Assembly (NCBI GenBank): GCA_951406725.2
Contig: OX597819.1
Coordinates: forward strand, 53,196,001-53,260,000
Direction: 5' to 3'
Length of the DNA: 64,000 nucleotides
Source of the DNA: Octopus vulgaris
Taxonomy: Eukaryota
Position 1 is the first letter of the stretch. Each line of letters starts with the position of its first letter. Below, one piece after another: positions 1 through 13,846 of this stretch. The position numbers and the translations under genes were made by a program. The notes under the pieces were generated by a model, which was not told where the DNA came from, made no database searches, and worked only from the letters and a program-made list of their open reading frames with translations.

Positions 1-169
1 TCTTGACACAAACCCTCACCTTTTCCAAATAAGGTAACATTTCCCCATGGCCAGATATCTCTCAGAAGATTTCACATAAAGGATATTTCTTGCATGATGG
101 TGACACTTGCTTACTGTCACACAATGTCACGGTAAAGAGACAGTAGAACACACATGCACGTGCCAAGAT

Positions 170-295
170 CCTTTCTATTTCCATCTACCAAATTCACTCA
201 CAAGGCTTTGGTTGGGTGAGGCTAGAGTAGAAGATACTTGCCCAAGGTGCCATGCAGTGGAACTGAGCCCAAAACCATGTGGTTAGGAAACAACT
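170..295 (-). mobile_element. SINE family A 5' part, preceded (1-160) by an RTE-tail-related fragment
   Basis: ctaccaaattcactcacaaggctttgg...gtagaagatacttgcccaaggtgccatgcagtgg matches the reverse complement of the family A head. Confidence 0.8.
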
Positions 296-2538
296 ATAAG
301 AAAACTGCTTAGATGGCAACATATATATTTTCTTTTATTTCATTATTATTATTGGCAATAATAATGAAATCAAGAAAATACAAAAAAAAAAAAAACCCCC
401 CCCACAATTTTTTAATAGTGAGGAGGGGGGAATGCACTTTTAAAAGAAACAATGTCTTAAAAAGCCAGTGTGTGTGTATTCATTAGAATACATTGCCGAA
501 TGGAAGGAAGCAAAATTCTTGAAATTGAAACAGGTCTTTGTTTCCTTGCATTTCTTGCCCACACAGAATGTGTGGGAGTGGGGAGGGGATTAATTGGTGT
601 CTGCTGATTTCAATAGTTGCAGAGCATAAGTGAAACCATAGGAATGAATGGTGGAATAATACAATCAGGAAAGGAAGCACAATTACACTACTACAGTAAG
701 AAGGTGTTGTGTCAATATATATACATATATATATACTATTAAGGATAGAAAAACAAAAAATACAAAACCCCATCAATTGTTTAAAAGAAATAGAATAAAT
801 TAGAAATAATATTTACTTCAAAATCACCTTTATTGATTTTTCTAACAAAAGTAATATAATTTACAATTAAATGTTTGTGTTTAAATTACTTTAATACATA
901 AAGATATATAAGTGACAAGATCGAGCAAGTAAATGTGTGTCAACGAAAGAGGAAGGAGGCGGAAATGAACAAAAAAAAAATAATAATAATAAGAGTTGCA
1001 GAAGTGGTTATTAATTCTGACAAAGTATACTACTAGCAAGACAAAAATTCTAGTGTCACTTAATCTTTGGTTCTTCTCACTTCAGGTCTTTTTCTAAAAT
1101 CAATTATCTTGCACCAATACAAACCATTAAGTAGCAATTAATTCTACAGGGACACAGCTCAGAGACAACAAACTAACAGTTCTCAAGACTTGCACGGCCA
1201 GTACTGAAAATGCCTCTCACCACCTTTTTATGGGTAATCAAGGTAAGGCATTGTTTTAGTGTAGTTATAAGGGATAGGAAAAGAGCTGAACTAAATTTAC
1301 AATATTTAGATATGAACTTCTATATTATAGTTACAAATTCTGATGGGAGGTTTTAAATCTGCCTTACAAGAAGAGAACTGCAATTTTTGCATCATTTACT
1401 ATTTCCATGCATGTACAGTTATTCATTTGCATGCACACATGTGCATGTGTGTGTATGTACTGATTTGTTAAATGTGTGTTGTGCCTTATTCCCACACTTA
1501 TATCTAAAAATGCTGGGTTGTTGTGGTATGAATTTATTCCCAAGTTAATTATACTGGATTGTAAATTTAAGGATGGAATTATCTTCAACATCTTCATTAA
1601 TTTTTTTACCCTATTCTTTCATTAACATACAGAGTACATAAACAAACACATATATATGTGAAATGTTACACATATGCACAAACGCGTGTGTGTATACAAA
1701 CACAAACATACACATGTATGCAGACATACTTATATGCAACCAAATCTGAAATATACATGCAGAATTGATTTTATCAGACAAGTCAGGAAGTCAATAACTT
1801 CCCAATTCAGTTTCACTTAAATTTGTGCATGTACCTCTATAGTTCCTGTATGCATGTGTGCACATGTATTGGTATGCACTCGGGTCACTGTGTGACATGA
1901 TAAAGATATGTTAAGATGCTAGCTGCGATAATAACATTTTCTTATAGTGGCAGAGGGCCATATTTATAAAGGAGAAGTATACTTCATTGAACTGGCTCCA
2001 GTACATATGGTATTTATTCTCCTTCCACTCTGGAGAGATGAAAGGCAATGATATCCCCAGTGGGTCTCAGGCTAAGAACATAAAGATACACAGAGATAAA
2101 ACTAAATACTGTACAACATTTAATTCCATCGCTTTGCCACTCATTTCAATACCTTGTATATGTATGAGCTACCATAAACATTAAAGTTAGAATAAGATAG
2201 ACATTTTTTTTTTCAATCCTTGTTCTAAAATTAATGAAGCACATTGTAGATATTAACTAAAACATTAAAAGAGCATTATATGTTGCCAACAAATCATGAG
2301 TAAACAGCATGATATGTGTGAGTCTGATATATATATATAGAGAGAGAGAGGGGGGGGGAGAAGTAATCTTTCATAAGTGTTTTGTTTTGGCTATAACCTG
2401 TTCATTAACATGAAAGAAAAAGAAGAAAAATTATGTATAAAAAAGACTATTTACCTTAATTGCAAAGTAACTCATCTCTTTTTCCTCTTTCAGTTTTTTT
2501 TTTTAAATTGCATTATCACAACAGAGTGTGTAAAAAAG

Positions 2539-2572
2539 ACTTACCTGTAAAGAAAAGAAAACAAATAAAATA
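2539..2572 (-). promoter_or_regulatory. Candidate recursive splice site (ratchet point), 3'ss abutting a 5'ss; junction between 2545 and 2544
   Basis: Minus strand reads tattttatttgttttcttttctttacag|gtaagt: AG-free polypyrimidine tract, CAG, then an immediate consensus GTAAGT. Confidence 0.6.
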
Positions 2573-3279
2573 CAGTTTTATGAGAAATAGCTTAAAACAA
2601 GATAACTTTAGAAGTTATAATTTTCAGACAACAAAACTCTTTAGGTAATTTTTCTCTGTCACCCACAAGTTATATACAGAAAATTCTGCTGAGACGCATG
2701 TATTAATAAACACGCACAAATAAGGAAAGGCACAGAAATTGATGAGAAATGTCAAAGACAACCAAACTCTGGGCTGAGATTTATTTGGTGTGGTAGGGTG
2801 GATGTTAGGAACCGTGGATGTGTGCAAGCAACCATTTGTAATGTTTGTTGTGCTTGCCAGACTTGGAACTAGCTATTCACCAAGATTTCAAGTTACTAAT
2901 GACAGGTTTTATGTCAATTCTGGTCAGTGCACAGACAACAAATGGACAATGATGAATTAGTGAAGATTCCAGGCAGGAAATAGTAACAAGAGACTTTATA
3001 AATGTTTGTAGGAAGCGGCTTGTAATCTGATCTTAACACAAAAGTTGACTGAAAGAAATACATGTGCAACCAATTTATTTATTTCCACTGATGCCAATGA
3101 TAGCAATTTGGTGTGCAGAAAATTAACAACAACTACAACAACAATGTAAAGATTTTTATACACTGGTTCATATCTCATGCTTTAATGCACAAGTACAGCA
3201 TTTCATCACACTTTAATCCTTATATTCTCCGAGAGTCTTTAGGGTTCTCGTTTATTGCTTTCTCTCTCTCTCCACACAC

Positions 3280-3519
3280 ATCATCATCATCATCCTTACA
3301 TCTACTTTCCCATGCTTGCATAGGTCAAGCAGGGTTTTCTGAGGCAGATTTTCTACAGCAAGATGCCCTGCCGGTCATCAACCTTCACTTGTTTCCAAGT
3401 AACATAACATTTTCCCAAAATTAGAAATGTTTTTATTTTACAGAAGACAGGAAATTAACAGCACCACTTGTATAATGCTGATACTCATTTTACAACCACC
3501 ACATGTTTAGACAAGGGTG

Positions 3520-3554
<35 letters not shown>

Positions 3555-3668
3555 CAGGTTTCTTTCAGTTTCCAGCCTAGTCAGCCTAGAAGACACTTGC
3601 CCGTGGTGCAGCACAGGACTGAGCACAAGACCATATGGTTAGGAAGCAAATCTCTTAACCACACAGCC
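3280..3668 (-). mobile_element. RTE-tail-related fragment with (CAT)n end joined through (CA)n to a family A head
   Basis: catcatcatc...ttcccatgcttgcatagg...ttttctacagcaagatgccct..., then gaagacacttgccc...ggttaggaagcaa. Confidence 0.7.
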
Positions 3669-4775
3669 AAATATATTACGCACACGCACACAATTCAAGT
3701 ACTGATTGCAGTTAGTGGACTGTGGCCATGCTAGGGCACTGCTTTCAAGGGTTTAATTATTCATATCAACCCCACTACTTTGTCTGGTGTTTATTTATAT
3801 AAAAAGTGGAGATTAAGATAAAGAGACGCAACTCAGTCAGATATAAATATTGCAGGCTACTTCAACCATATTGAATAGTTATTCTTCCATCAAAGTCTTA
3901 GCATGTTGAAAGATCTTTGTAAGCAAACAATAATTCAAATAGTGTAATTTGTGTCCAGTTCTCTGTATAACTATGTCTGGGTTTTATTTGTACTTTGATA
4001 AATTGGCAAATCATTGCCTCACTTGGAAACAGGTGAAGTTTGGCACCAGAAAGGGCATCTGACCATAGAAAACTCTGCCCCAGTGTACATGTTAATTTCA
4101 TGAGCAGGATATTCTGTTGATCAGATCAAGTGAACCTTAATTGTCATAACCAACTGAGCGCTAAAAGGTGTGCGTGCATGTGTACACACATTATATATAT
4201 ATATATATATATCATCATCATCATTTAGCGTCCGTTTTCCATGCTAGCATGGGTTATATATATATATATATATATATAAAACAAACCAACAACTAAAGAA
4301 TTCTTCACTGTTCAAAACTTCAATATAATAATATAAGAATGATGGTGGGGGCGGGGGGTCTTGAAATCACTTGAGCATCAATAATTTCAAAATGTGCTCT
4401 ATCTGATTTAAATGTTGCTAGAACCTACACTAAAAAGCCATTTACAATATACACCTTTCTTATCCAGCATTAATTCTCACCCACTCCAGGCTATTAAATT
4501 TCCAGATGCTAAAATCATCATATCTTTTCTTTTCATTTTAATTACATGCTTTCCAATTCAACTAGCTGTGCCCCCCCCCCCCCACACACACACACAAATA
4601 AATATAGTCTTAAAGTAGGTATAATGAGAATGAGGAAATATTATAAAGTCTGGAGAATTTTTTTACTTCATCAAAAGAAAAGAAAATTAAAACTCAGTGA
4701 CACCCTTTTTTTTATGGTGGAGAATTATGCTATCCAAAAACTAAAGATTGATAATAATAATAATAATAATAATAA

Positions 4776-5196
4776 TGGTTTCAAATTTTGTCATAAGGGC
4801 AACAATTTTCTAGGGAGGGGATCAGTCGAATATATCAACTTCAATGTTTCACTGGTACTTAATTTATCGACCTCGAAAGGGTGAAAAACAAAGTCAACCA
4901 TCGCAGAACTTGAACTCAGAATGCAACGACAGACAAAATACCGCTAAGTATTTCGCCCAGTGTGCTGACGGTTCTGCCAGCTTGCCGCCTTAATAATAAT
5001 AATAATCCTTTCTACTTTAGGCACAAGGCTTGGAATTAGAGGGAAGGGGTGGCTGATCACATCAACCCCAGAACTTGACTGGTACTTAATTTATCGCTCC
5101 CAAAAGGATGGAATTTGACCTCAGTACATAAAGACAGAAGGAATATCATTAAGCATTTTGCCTGGCATGTTAATGATTCTGCAAGCTTGCCACCAT
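4776..5196 (-). mobile_element. Tandem pair of SINE family B (Nin/Deu-like central domain) separated and flanked by (AAT)n
   Basis: Each unit has ctggtacttaatttatcg...aaaggatg...ttgaactcag...ctgccagcttgcc; the minus strand carries the gcctttcatcc...gataaattaagtaccag core. Confidence 0.85.
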
Positions 5197-5330
5197 TATA
5201 ACAATAACACCACAAATGGGGGTAGAATAAGAAGAAAAAAAATCAATGAAAATTTAAATACACAGTAAATGAGACACTATGAATCAAGGAAATTTTTGAA
5301 AAGAAAAGAAAAAAAGGAGTCAACAATATA

Positions 5331-5734
5331 GGAGCAGGCATGGCTGTGTGGTTAAAAAGCTCACTTTGCAAATACATGGTTATGGGTTCAGTCCTACTGT
5401 ATAGCATATGAGCAAGTGTCTGCTATAGCTCTTGGCTGACCATACTTTGTAAGTATATTTGGTAGACAGAAACAGAGTGGAAGGAAGTCTGTGGCATGTG
5501 TGTGTATGCACACTCATGTGTGACAGTGTGTTTGTGTTTATTCACCTCCACTTGACAACAGGTGTTGGTTTGTTCATGTCTTCATGACTTAGCAGTTTAG
5601 CAAAAAGAAACCAATAGAATAAGTACCAGACTCTGACAATAAGTAATGGATCGATTTGTATGACTAAAACGCTTCAAAGAAGTAGCCCAGCAATGCCACA
5701 GCCTAATGACTGAAACAAGTCTAAGATAAAAGAT
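5331..5734 (+). mobile_element. SINE family A, older full-length copy
   Basis: ggagcaggcatggctgtgtggtt...gggttcagtcc...gactgaaacaagt; colinear with 60922-61325. Confidence 0.85.
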
Positions 5735-8546
5735 GAAGAGAAAAAGAAAGAAAAAAAACTATATTGGTTGAAGAAGTGGGTGAGCAGCAGTGAAGAGAAG
5801 AAAGGTGGAGGTAGAGATGACAAAGGATTAAATAAAGGATGGAGAAATAGCTTGAAGTGAGCACAAGGTGTAACAACACCTAACCTGTTCTAGTAAAATT
5901 TACTAACACTACCTAAGGAGGTGGTGACAGAAGTTGGAAACGAATGACTGACAGCTCCATAAGACTTGTGGAGTCTTATGTTCAGACAAGTTGACATAAC
6001 AAAATTAGACAACCTTAATTTTACAGTTTGTTTCATGCCCCCTTTTCTTTTTGTGTTGTTGTTGTTCTCTCATTTATTCCCAACCCCAAACATCAGTCCT
6101 AATCCTTCCTCTCCCGCCACTGCCACCTGACTCCTGTATGCTTAAATATAATCAGCTTACATAGCTTGACTAAGAGGGCCCCTTAGATAGCAACCACTCC
6201 CTCTTCCTGATCTGTAATCACATTCAACTCATAACAATCAACACTGCCAACTACCTCTCCTCTCCTCACCTGGTCTAACTGTCTTTCTTTACATACAGAA
6301 GTGTTATTATTGAGTACAACACCAACAAAAATTCTAAATAACATATTCTCACAGATAATAATAGTATGATGATGATGATGATGATATGTACAAAATAAAG
6401 AAAAATAGAAAATATATAATCATTAGAAATTTGGGACACACCCTCCCCAACACAGGAAAGAGAAAGAAATGGTTGCTTTTAAACAAGTGAATTTAACTTC
6501 TTAGATTTTATACATGCCCTATATTGGTAATCCAGCTTAAGGATTTCAGATACACTTCAAAAATCCAATCAATAACTGACATATTAAACTGTGACCCTTA
6601 AAACAAAGGAAAACTGCTCCCTACCTTACCCCTTCCCATCTCACCAGCATCTCCTTGAAAAACCACAGAGGAAAAAGAAGTTCTGAATAAAAATACAAAC
6701 ACAAATATCAGATGTGCATACACACTAATACCACACACACACATATACCCCCTCTTTTCTCTAAACTCTCTCTCTCTCTCTCTCTCTCTCACACATATAC
6801 ATACATACACATATATCCACACACGCACACATAAAGACAGACATGCTTAAACACAAGCTTCAATACTTTCTATAAATTTCTCGGAGAACTAAAGAAAATT
6901 GACAATTATCCAAGTGTCAGCTAAATACAGAGAAACAGAACATAAAATATATCTGATATGTATTTTGTCTTCTTTTTTTTTGTTTTTATTACATTGCATT
7001 CTTTATCTAATAACAATGTCTACAAGATAAGCAAACATATAATTGAATGAAAAGGAAGGAAAAAGACAGATGTAGGAGAGTGAAGTGGAAGGAGATGGGG
7101 TGAGGTGGGGCAGGGAGAGGGAGATGTGTGAAATCTATTTTCCCAACATTTTCATAAATATATTCAAGAATTCAACATGGGTTTCATGCAAACTAAATCA
7201 ATATTGCCATCCTCATAAGAAGCACCTAACCAATTGTGTACTGTCAGTTACTGTCCACACACACACACACACACACACACACAAGAAGACAGGCAGGCTG
7301 TTCAATCAAACAGTCTTTTTGGGTGAGTGGTTTGTGTTTTCTTGTCATCATCAGATGTTTTGCAATGCTGCAGGAATTGTACACAATATAATACAGAATG
7401 TTAATTATTCCACAACAATTATGTATCATTTGATCTGCCAAGGAGAAATATGTTAAATAGTCTTTTATGAAAGAATTATTGAGTCACAGTAGAGAAGCAC
7501 TGACTTTATTTAACATTAGGTGTGTGTGCGCGTGCGTGCGCGTGTGTGTGTGATTCTGTTTGTGTATGCATGTACAAAAAGATATGTGTACATGCGTATA
7601 TGTGCATGAGTAAGAGAGGGTATCAAATAGCAAATGAGTAAAAGAAATAAAATGTTAAATTTACATGTTTAAATCAAAACTACAATGTCCATGAACAAAA
7701 AGAACACAAACAAACCAAAAAAAAAAAGAGAAAAAAAAACTAAAGCAAAAACAAAACAGACTCAATTTAAAAATTAAATGAGATGGAAAGAGGAAGAAAG
7801 CGAGAAGGGGAGGGGAAACATATGAGGAGAATGTGTGGGGATTGGGTGAATCCTTCAGTTATATAGCTTCTAGAGAAAATAGCAGGAGTTTTTCTTTTTC
7901 TGTTTGTGTTACTATGGGAGCAAAATAGAGGACAGAGATAGATATTTGAAAGAAAATGGAAAGAACTGTGCAAGAAAAAAAAAAAGAAAAGGAATAAAAT
8001 GGAAGGAACAAATGAATAGTTAAATCAAGCTATAGATTGTACAAATAAAACATGAAGAGCAAAATAAAATGACTATTATTATTATTATTATTATGATTAT
8101 TATTACTATTGTTGTTATTACTATTGGTAGCAGTGGTGGTGGTGGTGGTGGTGGTGGTGGTGAATAAAAAGTCCAAGAGAAAAAGACCATGTTGCCATAG
8201 AGAAAGAGAAGAATACCACAAGAGACACATTAAAATGTGAGGAAATTCAGACAATATATATACATATATATATTCCAACACAAAAGAATAAGCTCAGTCA
8301 TTTTAAAGACAAGCTATATAAACACTCCTTGATACTTAATGCAATCCCAGAGGGGACTTGAAAAGAAGAAGAAAACAAGAGACAGAGAAAGAGAGAATGA
8401 GAAGAGCAAACAACAATAACAACAAAAACAATGCAGATCTTGCTTTGAGGAAGGACAGAGATAGAAGAGATATTGCAAAGAAGATAATCCCTCTGTAGTG
8501 AGCACCTTATGAGCTCTCATAAAATACTTTGAACCATACCTGCCCC

Positions 8547-8583
<37 letters not shown>

Positions 8584-10968
8584 CATATACATATGTACAG
8601 GTACACATACACACGAGTGTAAGTATGTGTGTGTAAATGGCTCTTCACTTTGACATGTGCTTCAGCTCTCCGATTCTGGATGAAGCCCAATCTGAGAGAC
8701 ACTTTAATGATACCAGTTCCAAAACAGTAATAAAGAGGAATTACAGCAGTGTTCTTTATTATTCTAACAAAACTCGATAGCTTATACAGTTGGCAAAATT
8801 CCCATTCTCTATTGGCTACTGAGGAGTTATTTCCTACAATTGTTTCCTCTAACAGCAAAACTGCTATGTATACACAAGAGACTAAATATATTGATGAAAA
8901 ACACACAGGACAAATTATCACTTGCTACTTGGTACACTAATACTGTAACAGCTATATTTACTACACCATAACCAAATGAAGTTCATTTTACTCTAAATAA
9001 TAATGATGATGATGATGATGATGATAATAATAATAATAATAATAATAATGATAATAAAATTAAATCTTATACAAATTTTACTTTAATCTTGCAAACAATA
9101 GTATAGAAGACAAAAATTTATGATTTTAAAAACAAAAAACTAAAACCAAATAAATAAAAATAAATAAAGTGGCTTTTATCAAATGGTGTCCAAGAAAAAA
9201 ACAACAAATTTTACAAAATGTAGTTTTTAGTAATACAATATATTTGTCTTTTAAAACTGTCAGAAATCATATGAAATGAACTGTAAATATTGTAACATTT
9301 AATCACAATGATGAAAAAATAAAAACACAACTTTGTATAATCAATTACAATGCAAAAACATTTCTAAAAAAAAAATAATTTTTTTTTAAATAATAAAAAC
9401 AAAAATTACTATAATACAATAACTTTTGAAGCTATTGTCAGATGTGAATAGATCTGTGGCAATTTACTTAGTTCATGACAGGAGTTCATCTTATGCTAAT
9501 TATATAGATATTTATTGAAAAACAAGGAGAGAAATAAATAGACAGACAGATTTACAGAAATTGTAACAAGGTATTCAATGCTTCCAACATTGATATTATT
9601 TTAATACCTTTTCACTGAATTTACATGGAAGTGAAACAGCTCTGATTTTAAACAATGCTTTAAATCTTCCTCCTCTTAACAAAGAAAATCAAAAGCAATC
9701 CTCCAGTATTAGATAGAAATACACAGATAATGATTCCTTCACATTAGGATAAGGACACAAATTTATAACAGCAAACAGAGTATAGTTCTCTTAACCAAAA
9801 GAATTTCCAGAACAAAATCAGAAATAAATAGGTGATGGTTTTACAACAGAACCAACATGCTGCTTTCATTTTAGAACCTTGTCCTTTTTTGTGCTCGGTT
9901 TTTGATGAAGGACTACAGTTTGAAATATTAAATTCTCCCCTTCTTCTTCCTTCCAATGTAAAATTAATTTCCCTATACTTTTGTTTGTTTTTGTCATTTC
10001 TTTTTTTCTTGAAATCTATTTCAATTATTATTATCATATACTGACACATCTCCAAATTAAAATAGATTCAATCCACAGTTTTATGTCAAAACCAATACAT
10101 ACCCAGCACTTCTTTTATCAAACTAATACGAATGGAAGTCAAAAATCAACATTAACAGGATTTTATTATTAAATATAAAAAATCATCATTATTATTAAAA
10201 ATAAAGAAATTATTGTTAGATATAAAGGAATGCAACTCAGTGCTATAGAGAGCATTTAATCCAGCACTCTACTACTACTTCTCCCACTTAAACATGAGGT
10301 AATACCTATGTGGCCATTCCATTTGCTAGAAAAAACTAGCCAAATGTCCCTCAAATTACACCCTGCCATCATGAACAAAATTCTACAGGTTAATAAGAAC
10401 TGAAAATAAGATCAGATAGTCATGGATGAAACACTTAAGCATAAGCTTGCTTCCAATGAAATGATGGTGCCAAACAATAGCCTAAATAATATGAGCCAAT
10501 AAAAGAGACTCTACACAATCACATGACCTGCTAGAAATATCACCCAAACATTTCAAATGACATCCTATAATGGTAAACAGAGAAAGATATATTCAGAAGA
10601 AAAAAGGAGAGATTGAATGCCACGGTTGTACTTTCGGACTTATATTTGCTTTATTAGGATTGACCAGGAGCTAAATAACAACCTAAAAATATAAGTATTT
10701 CAAGAACACAATGTTGGTGCAAGCAATCATAAAAAAAATACTGAATTACATACTTTACACAGAAAAACAGAATCCTTGGTGAAACTAGCAGTAACAAAAA
10801 TTATACAGTGAAGTTCATGAGGTTCATATGAAGAAGAATTTGATATTTAAGGACTGGCTCTTTATCTGAGAGGAGAGAGATTTTTCAAATTAGACTACTA
10901 CTTTCTATTTCTGAGACCAAATTCAGCTCAGTACTCTTTTTATCTTCTTTATTTATTTTTTTCTTTAA

Positions 10969-11182
10969 CACTTTAGCATTTAAACCGACCAAATCAGGTC
11001 CAAATATTCTACTTGTTTTATATTCAAACTGGTCAGATGTAGCATCTTGCACCTGCCCTACAATGTCATTCTAAAACAATTACATCATTAACATCTCAAA
11101 GCTGCAAGATAAGCCATGATTAATTCAAGATTATCTGAATAAATTACCATTACATTTGACAAAGAATCTGAATGCTAAAGGG
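10969..11182. mobile_element. piggyBac-type MITE (family 2)
   Basis: TTAA|CACTTTAGCATT ... AATGCTAAAGGG|TTAG; homologous copies in opposite orientation at about 23777-23985 and 27965-28165. Confidence 0.8.
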
Positions 11183-11186
11183 TTAG

Positions 11187-11413
11187 CCCTCAATACCAAT
11201 CCAACCGAGACTACCTTTAATTCTATAATACAAACTATTTCCAAGTGTTCCAAGTTAAAAACCTTTTATCAAAATTTCATGTTAATCTATGCTCCAAACA
11301 CCAGCAAAATGATAACAAAGTTATTTTAATGAATTCTTCATTATTTTCAAAATTAATTGCAACAAAATTTAATTGAAATACAGTCGAACTGTAACAGAAA
11401 AAAAAAAATAAGG
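11187..11413. mobile_element. Decayed piggyBac-type MITE (family 1), directly abutting the previous MITE
   Basis: Internal similarity to 37601-37822 (tgataacaaagttatttta...aaaattaattg); ends ...aagg|ttaa. Confidence 0.65.
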
Positions 11414-11624
11414 TTAACCCCCCACCCCCCTTTTATTTTTGGGTTACAGTTCTACTGCTCCCCACAGTCACTGCAACAATTAGCACTAATAAACTGATTG
11501 TATCCATCTTGGAAATGTGAAAAATAACAGTTAAGATTGAATCTCTTAAATGCAAATCACTGTTATCTTAGAAAAAAAAAAGGTGCATAAAAACAGAATA
11601 AGTTTAGTTATAGTTGTCGTTTAA

Positions 11625-11942
11625 GCATGGCTCAGTGGTTAGTGCATTGGGCTCACAATCATGAGGTAGTAAGTTCAATTTCTAAACCAGGCTCTTGAGA
11701 AAGACACTTTATTTCATGTTGCTCCAGTTCACTTAGCTGTAGAATTGAGTTGTGACATCACAGGTGCCAAGCCTTTGCCTTTCCCTTGGATAACATCAGT
11801 GGCATGGAGAGTGGAGGCTGGCATGCATGGGCGACTGCTGGTCTTCTATAAACAACCTTGCCCAGACTTGTGTCCCAGAGGGGAACTTTCTAGGTGCAAT
11901 CCCATAGTCACTCATGACTGAAGGTGGTCTTTACCCTTACCC
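11625..11942 (+). mobile_element. tRNA-derived SINE with CORE-like domain (family D); second decayed copy about 47467-47700
   Basis: A box TGGCTCAGTGGT, B-box-like AGTTCAATTTC, then cttgagaaagacactttatttcatgttgctccagttcacttagctgtag (resembles the MIR/CORE domain); tail ttacccttaccc. Confidence 0.7.
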
Positions 11943-13846
11943 TGTTAAAGCAACATGTCAAGTCTAGTTGAGCAGACTTATTATTGAAGCATTTCAATTA
12001 TGACCATACCCATTTTCTACCCCTACTACATTATCCATTACATACTTTCCTTTTCAAAGATGGTTACATGTTATCTGAGAGAGATTTGACTGCTATTTCT
12101 AGCCAGTTAGGCTTCCTCAGGCCTCTTCATTGGTTCAGAGTAAGTGAATATTAGTGGTTGGCACAGGAGGACTGACATATCATTTACATTATACAAACTA
12201 ATTATAATTACCCCTTTAATTGCAAACCTTTCTACATATGTAAGAAATCAATATTAGTTTCAATTTATTAACAAGCAAGAATATATTTACTAAGCACATC
12301 AAGAATTACAGAAATAATGATAAAAATTATGATAAAAAAAATTAATCATGCTGAACAAGACAGGTAAAAATCTAAGCTATCAGCAATCAGATAAATACAA
12401 AACTGTAAAAATTAAAAATCAAATGTAAATTAGATAAAAATCTATGTTCATTTAGATTGTGAAATGATTATGAGCAATTTACACTTTATAATTTGCTTCC
12501 AAGAAAACTCATAGTTACAATATTACGTAACAAAATAGATAATTAAAAAAATTTAAATTAAAAAAAAACACACAACTAAAGAGTAAATATATATAAAAAA
12601 AAGCAACTGAATTTAAAAGATATCCCTTGGAAACTTAAAGGCATTAAATATATTCATGATAGACTGTAATTATATGATTAAGATTTTCAAATGAAGTACT
12701 GAGCTGCTAAACAAGAATTAATACATGAGAACAGGATTAAACAGATAAAGAAAGCTGAAGAGAGAGAATAAAAAAATAATTTCTTTTTTCTTTGATACAG
12801 CAGCCTCAGAAACAAGATAAAGCTTAGAGACTTTATTATAAGGCTGATAGAATAGGATGGTTTTTAGAAACAGTTTTATCACAACATTCATAGTGTGAAA
12901 GAAAAACTGAAGCTATCTTCTTAAAAGCTGTGGGGTTTGTTTTATTTTTGCTTTTTTCCTAACATTTTTCTGCTGATGCATGTTTGAATTTTTAGGAAAT
13001 TTGTTCCAAGTATTTTCATTCTCAAATCCCTTCTTTCAATCAATTAATGTTTCTGATTTGATATTTGCCACCAACTATTCACTGTGTAATTAATATGAAA
13101 AACAGATAGGAAATGAATTTTATTGCATGATTGCAATAGCCCTCAACCACTGTGCACCAAAATACCCAGCTTATTATCTATCCTAAACATGGACTTGCAA
13201 ATTCCAAAATTCCACAAGTAAAAACTAAAAGCAATACACTGTTTCACCAAAAGAATAAATAATAGATTATATCTGAATTTAGTTTTATCAGTTCAACCTT
13301 TGGCTCTTTTCTCTTCAATTATATGCACTGATACACATGCACATACACAGCATACAGAGGAAAGTTTCACAAGAACATTCACACAAGCAGTCATTGCTTC
13401 CTAATAGACTTATTCATACAAAAAGATTTCAGATTTAACTATGAACACAAATCAGTGGAAGAAAGGAGCGGGTCGGTGAATTCATATCAACTCTGATATT
13501 AGAACTTTATTGTAGGTAATCTACACTATCAAGTAGATATAACATTACAAGTAAATATAAGATATCTTGTATAAATATATTTAAAAGTTTTGTGTGTCCA
13601 GGACTACTGGGAAGTTCTTTTGCAATGCCATCTGATCACATATACTGGTAACTACAGTATCAAGCAAAGCTCTCAGTAATGTTTTGATGACAATACCACA
13701 GAGGATTCAAGATAAACCCTGCTCTCTTGTCAACAGGATTACCACAAATACACAAATGTAATAAATGTCTTCTATGCAGTAATATCCACAACCTAATGTA
13801 AATACTTGAAAATCTTTCAGCAAACGTGTTCTCTAGATTGACTTAC

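Noticed and set aside
11662-11680. let-7-like tgaggtagta
   Set aside because: Lies within the tRNA-derived head of a SINE; no hairpin.
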